NCBI GenBank assembly: GCA_964016885.1
Contig: OZ024754.1
Location: 21,018,001 to 21,082,000, forward strand
DNA: 64,000 nucleotides
Reading direction: 5' to 3'
Source of the DNA: Eledone cirrhosa
Taxonomy: Eukaryota
A program made the translations under genes and the position numbers. Of the stretch, positions 58,801 through 64,000 are shown in pieces. Each line of letters starts with the position of its first letter. Position 1 is the stretch's first letter. A model generated the notes under the pieces. It searched no databases and was not told the origin of the DNA. It worked only from the letters and a program-made list of their open reading frames with translations.

Positions 58801-61800
58801 TGATATTAACATAGACTGCCTCCCATATTACCCTTGGTATTAACATAGGGACTCCCTCCCATGTTACCCTTGGTATTAACATAGACTCCCTCCCATATTA
58901 GACTTGGTATTAATATAGAGACTCCCTCCCATATTACCCTTGGTATTAACATAGACTCCCTCCCATATTACCCTTGGTATTAACATAGACTGCCTCCCAT
59001 ATTACCCTTGGTATTAACATAGACTCCCTCCCATGTTAGCCTTGGTATTAACATAGACTCCCTCCCATGTTAGCCTTGGTATTAACATAAACTCCCTCCC
59101 ATATTAGCCTTGGTATTAACATAGACTCCCTCCCATATTACCCTTGGTATGAACATTGGGACTCCCTCCTAAATTGGACTTGGTATTAACATAGACTCCC
59201 TCCCATATTACCCTTGGTATTAACATGCACTCCCTTCTATATCAGACGTGGTATTAACATAGGGACTCCCTCCCATATTAGCCTTGGTATTAACATAGGG
59301 ACTCCCTCTCATATTAGACTTGGTATTAACATAGACTCCCTCCCATATTAGACTTGGTATTAACATAGGGACTCCCTCCCATATTACCCTTGGTATTAAC
59401 ATAGGGACTCCCTCACATATTACCCTTGGTATTAACATAGAGACACCCTCCCATATTACCCTTGGTATTAACATAGACTGCCTCCCATATTACCCTTGGT
59501 ATTAACATAGGGACTCCCTCCCATATTACACTTGGTATTAATATAGACTCCCTCCCATATTACCCTTGGTATTAACATAGACTCCCTCCCATATTAGAAT
59601 TGGTATTAATATAGAGACTCCCTCCCATATTACCCTTGGTATTAACATAGACTCCCTCCCATATTAGACTTGGTATTAATATAGAGACTCCCTCCCATAT
59701 TACCCTTGGTATTAACATAGACTACCTCGCATATTACCCTTGGTATTAATATAGAGACTCCCTCCCATATTACCCTTGATATTAACATAGACTCCCTCCC
59801 ATATTAGACTTGGTATTAATATAGAGACTCCCTCCCATATTACCCTTGGTATTAACATAGACTACCTCCCATATTACCCTTGGTATTAACATAGGGACTC
59901 CCTCCCATATTACCCTTGGTATTAACATAGAGACCCCCCCCCATATTACCCTTGGTATTAACATAGACTCCCTCCCATATTACCCTTGGTATTAACATAG
60001 ACTCCCTCACATATTACCCTTGGTATTAACATAGACTCCCTCCCATATTACCGTTGGTATTAATATAGGGACTCCCTCCCATATTAGCCTTGGTATTAAC
60101 ATAGGGACTCCCTCCCATATTAGCCTTGGTATTAACATAGACTCCCTTCCATATTAGCCTTCGTATTAACATAGACTCCCTCCCATATTACCCTTGGTAT
60201 TAACATAGACTCCCTACCATATTACCCTTGGTATTAACATGGGGACTCCCTCCCATATTTCCCTTGGTATTAACATAGAGACTCCCTCCCATATTACCCT
60301 TGGTATTAATATAGACTCCCTCCCATATTACCCTTGGTATTAACATAGACTCCCTCCCATATTAGACTTGGTATTAACGTAGACTCCCTCCCATGTTACC
60401 CTTGGTATTATCATAGGGACTCCCTCCCATATTACCCTTGGTATTAACATAGACTCCCTCCCATATTACCCTTGGTATTAACATAGACTCCCTCCCATAT
60501 TACCCTTGGTACTAACATAGACTCCCTCCCATATTACCCTTGGTATTAACATAGACTCACTCCCATATTACCCTTGGTATTAACATAGACTCCCTCCCAT
60601 ATTAGCCTTGGTATTAACATAGGGACTCTCTCCTATATTACCCTTAGTATTAACATAGACTCCCTCCCATATTACCCTTGGTATTAACATAGACTCCCTC
60701 CCATGTTAGCCTTGGTATTAACATAGACTCCATCCCATATAAGCCTTGGTATTAACATAGACTCCCTCCCATATTACCCTTGGTATGAACATTGGGACTC
60801 CCTCCTAAATTAGACTTGGTATTAACATAGACTCCCTCCCATATTACCCTTGGTATTAACATGCACTCCCTTCTATATCAGACGTGGTATTAACATAGGG
60901 ACTCCCTCCCATATTAGCCTTGGTATTAACATAGGGACTCCCTCTCATATTAGACTTGGTATTAACATAGACTCCCTCCCATATTACCCTCGGTATAATC
61001 ATAGGGACTCCCTCCCATATTACCCTTGGTATTAACATAGACTCCCTTCCATATTACCCTTGGTATTAACATAGACACCCTCCCATATTACCTTCGGTAT
61101 TATGATAGGGACACCCTCCCATATTACCCTTGGTATTAACATAGACTTCCTCCCATATTACCCTTGGTATTAACATAGACTCCCTACAATATTAGCCTTG
61201 GTATTAACATAGGGACTCCCTCCTATATTACCCTTAGTATTAACATAGACTCCCTCCCATATTACCCTTGGTATTAACATAGACTCCCTCCCATGTTAGC
61301 CTTGGTATTAACATAGACTCCCTCCCATATTACCCTTGGTATGAACATTGGGACTCCCTCCTAAATTAGACTTGGTATTAACATAGACTCCCTCCCATAT
61401 TACCCTCGGTATTAACATGCACTCCCTTCTATATCAGACGTGGTATTAACATAGGGACTCCCTCCCATAATAGCCTTGGTATTAACATAGGGACTCCCTC
61501 TCATATTAGACTTGGTATTAACATAGACTCCCTCCCATATTAGACTTGGTATTAACATAGGGACTCCCTCCCATATTACCCTTGGTATTAACATAGGGAC
61601 TCCCTCACATATTACCCTTGGTATTAACATAGAGACACCCTCCCATATTGCCCTTGGTATTAACATAGACTGCCTCCCATATTACCCTTGGTATTAACAT
61701 AGGGACTCCCTCCCATATTACACTTGGTATTAATATAGACTCCCTCCCATATTACCCTTGGTATTAACATAGACTCCCTCCCATATTAGAATTGGTATTA

Positions 61801-63400
61801 ATATAGAGACTCCCTCCCATATTACCCTTGGTATTAACATAGACTCCCTCCCATATTAGACTTGGTATTAATATAGAGACTCCCTCCCATATTACCCTTG
61901 GTATTAACATAGACTACCTCCCATATTACCCTTGGTATTAACATAGGTACTCCCTCCCATATTACCTTTGGTATTAACATAGAGACCCCCCCCCCCCATA
62001 TTACCCTTGGTATTAACATAGACTCCCTCCCATATTACCCTTGGTATTAACATAGACTCCCTCACATATTACCCTTGGTATTAACATAGACTCCCTCCCA
62101 TATTACCGTTGGTATTAATATAGGGACTCCCTCCCATATTAGCCTTGGTATTAACATAGGGACTCCCTCCCATATTAGCCTTGGTATTAACATAGACTCC
62201 CTTCCATATTAGCCTTGGTATTAACATAGACTCCCTCCCATATTAGCCTTCGTATTAACATAGGGACTCCCTCCCATATTATCCTTGGTATTAACATAGG
62301 GACTCCCTCCCATATTAGACTTGGTATTAACATAGACTCCCTCCCATATTACCCTTGGTATTATCATAGGGACTCCCTCCCATATTACCCTTGGTATTAA
62401 CATAGACTCCCTCCCATATTACCCTTGGTATTAACATAGACACCCTCCCATATTACCTTTGGTATTATGATAGGGACACCCTCCCATATTACCCTTGGTA
62501 TTAACATAGACTCCCTCCCATATTACCCTTGGTATTAACATAGACTCCCTCCCATATTAGCCTTGGTATTAACATAGGGACTCCCTCCTATATTACCCTT
62601 AGTATTAACATAGACTCCCTCCCATATTACCCTTGGTATTAACATAGACTCCCTCCCATGTTAGCCTTGGTATTAACTTAGACTCCCTCCCATATTAGCC
62701 TTGGTATTAACATAGACTCCCTCCCATATTACCCTTGGTATGAACATTGGGACTCCCTCCTAAATTAGACTTGGTATTAACATAGTCTCCCTCCCATATT
62801 ACCCTTGGTACTAACATGCACTCCCTTCTATATCAGACGTGGTATTAACATAGGGACTCCCTCCCATATTAGCCTTGGTATTAACATAGGGACTCATTCT
62901 CATATTAGACTTGGTATTAACATAGACTCCCTCCCATATTAGACTTGGTATTAACATAGGGACTCCCTCCCATATTACCCTTGGTATTAACATAGGGACT
63001 CCCTCACATATTACCCTTGGTATTAACATAGAGACACCCTCCCATATTACCCTTGGTATTAACATTGGGACTTCCTCCTAAAGTAGACTTGGTATTAACA
63101 TAGACTGCCTCCCATATTACCCTTGGTATTAACATAGGGACTCCCTCCCATATTACACTTGGTATTAATATAGAGACTCCCTCCCATATTACCCTTGGTA
63201 TTAACATAGACTCCCTCCCATATTAGAATTGGTATTAACATAGATTCCCTCCCATATTAGACTTGGTATTAATATAGAGACTCCCTCCCATATTACCCTT
63301 GGTAATAGATTTAACATAGATTCCCTCCCTTATTAGACTTAGTATTAATATAGAGACTCCCTCCCATATTACCCTTGGTATTAACATAGACTCCCTCCCA
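55900..63400. repeat. Imperfect ~4.5-4.6 kb duplication (about 55.9-58.8 kb repeated at 60.4-63.4 kb)
   Basis: ATAAGCCTTGG near 56280/60740 and pseudo-ORFs at 56390/60850 and 57374/61834 (+4460); AGTCTCCCTC at 58181/62784 and GGGACTTCCTCCTAAAG at 58464/63067 (+4603). Confidence 0.85.
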
Positions 63401-64000
63401 TATTACCCTTGGTATTAACATAGACTCCCTCCCATATTAGACTTGGTATTAATATAGAGACTCCCTCCCATATTACCCTTGGTATTAACATAGACTCCCC
63501 CCCATATTACCCTTGGTATTAACATAGACTGCCTCCCATATTACCCTTGGTATTAACATAGGGACTCCCTCCCATATTACACTTGGTATTAATATAGAGA
63601 CTCCCTCCCATATTACCCTTAGTATTAACATAGACTCCCTCCCATATTAGCCTTGGTATTAACATAGGCTCCCTCACATATTACCCTTGGTATTAACATA
63701 TACTCCCTCCCATATTACCGTTGGTATTAACATAGGGACTCCCTCCCATATTAGCCTTGGTATTAACATAGACTCCCTTCCATATTAGCCTTGGTATTAA
63801 CATAGACTCCCTCCCATATTACCCTTGGTATTAACATAGACTCCCTCCCATATTACCCTTGGTAATAACATAGGGACTCCCTCCCATATTTCCTTTGGTA
63901 TTAACATAGGGACTCCCTCCCATATTACCCTTGGTATTAACATAGACTCCCTCCCATATTACCCTTGGTATTAACATAGACTCCCTCCCATATTAGCCTT

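Larger units (their letters stand above)
1..64000. repeat. Tandem satellite array of 34/36-bp monomers, consensus GACTCCCTCCCATATTACCCTTGGTATTAACATA, running off both window ends
   Basis: The monomer is readable on every line of the window. Length classes are 34 bp (..CATA|GACT), 36 bp (..CATAGG|GACT) and 36 bp (..TATAGA|GACT). Frequent internal variants of TTACCCTTGG are TTAGACTTGG, TTAGCCTTGG, TTACACTTGG, TTTCCCTTGG and TTAGCCTTCG. No unique-sequence interruption was seen. Confidence 0.99.

Noticed and set aside
14887-61035. Three plus-strand ORFs (14887, 56390, 60850)
   Set aside because: They have TTG starts inside the repeat and stay open only because variant monomers remove the usual TAG; there is no coding evidence.
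23-63207. Well over a hundred minus-strand ORFs made of MLIPRVIWEGVP and YVNTKGNMGGSP repeats
   Set aside because: They are translations of the satellite. The 36-bp units keep frame, while each 34-bp unit shifts MLIPR > YVNTK > C-stop (TGT TAA), so ORF length just reflects runs of 36-mers. They overlap each other in different frames and have no unique domain or gene context.
1-64000. CRISPR array (repeat length 34-36 bp is CRISPR-like)
   Set aside because: Monomers abut directly with no unique spacers, and there is no leader or cas gene.
1-64000. Telomeric or interstitial telomeric repeat (TTACCCT resembles TAACCCT)
   Set aside because: There is only one mismatched hexamer per monomer and no tandem (TTAGGG)n-type run.
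1-64000. Programmed frameshift, phase-variation or antigenic-cassette system encoded by 34/36 switching
   Set aside because: No promoter, expression locus, recombinase or constant coding region is present. Ordinary unequal exchange explains the variant order.
1-64000. Inversions or embedded transposon fragments
   Set aside because: I saw no reverse-complement monomer (TATGTTAATACCAAGGG) and no non-repeat sequence on the + strand by eye.
1-64000. Assignment to a named satellite family or species
   Set aside because: I do not recognise the monomer. A BLASTN, Dfam or Repbase search of the consensus would be needed to say whether it is already described.

Overview
The whole 64 kb window is one uninterrupted head-to-tail tandem repeat (satellite or giant minisatellite) array of roughly 1,840 monomers (estimated from a mean length of about 34.8 bp), all apparently in the same orientation. 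The consensus monomer is 34 bp, GACTCCCTCCCATATTACCCTTGGTATTAACATA (41% GC, C:G = 11:3 on the + strand). It is interspersed with two 36-bp classes, ...AACATA+GG and ...AATATA+GA. I see no credible protein gene, RNA gene, transposon or CRISPR array; every listed ORF is a translation of the repeat. The information is in the order of variant monomers. That order shows a conserved multi-monomer cassette, nested tandem duplications (312, 554, 802, 1564, 1740/1774, 2092, 2137/2139, 2298, ~3553, ~4460-4603 and ~13.5 kb offsets), and a young homogeneous central higher-order-repeat domain (~27-50 kb) flanked on both sides by a related subfamily. A single 6-bp locally templated insertion with clustered substitutions lies at 63.3 kb. 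The organism and satellite family cannot be identified from the sequence; a eukaryotic origin is likely but inferred. All offsets were read by eye from marker variants and the ORF track, not computed by alignment.
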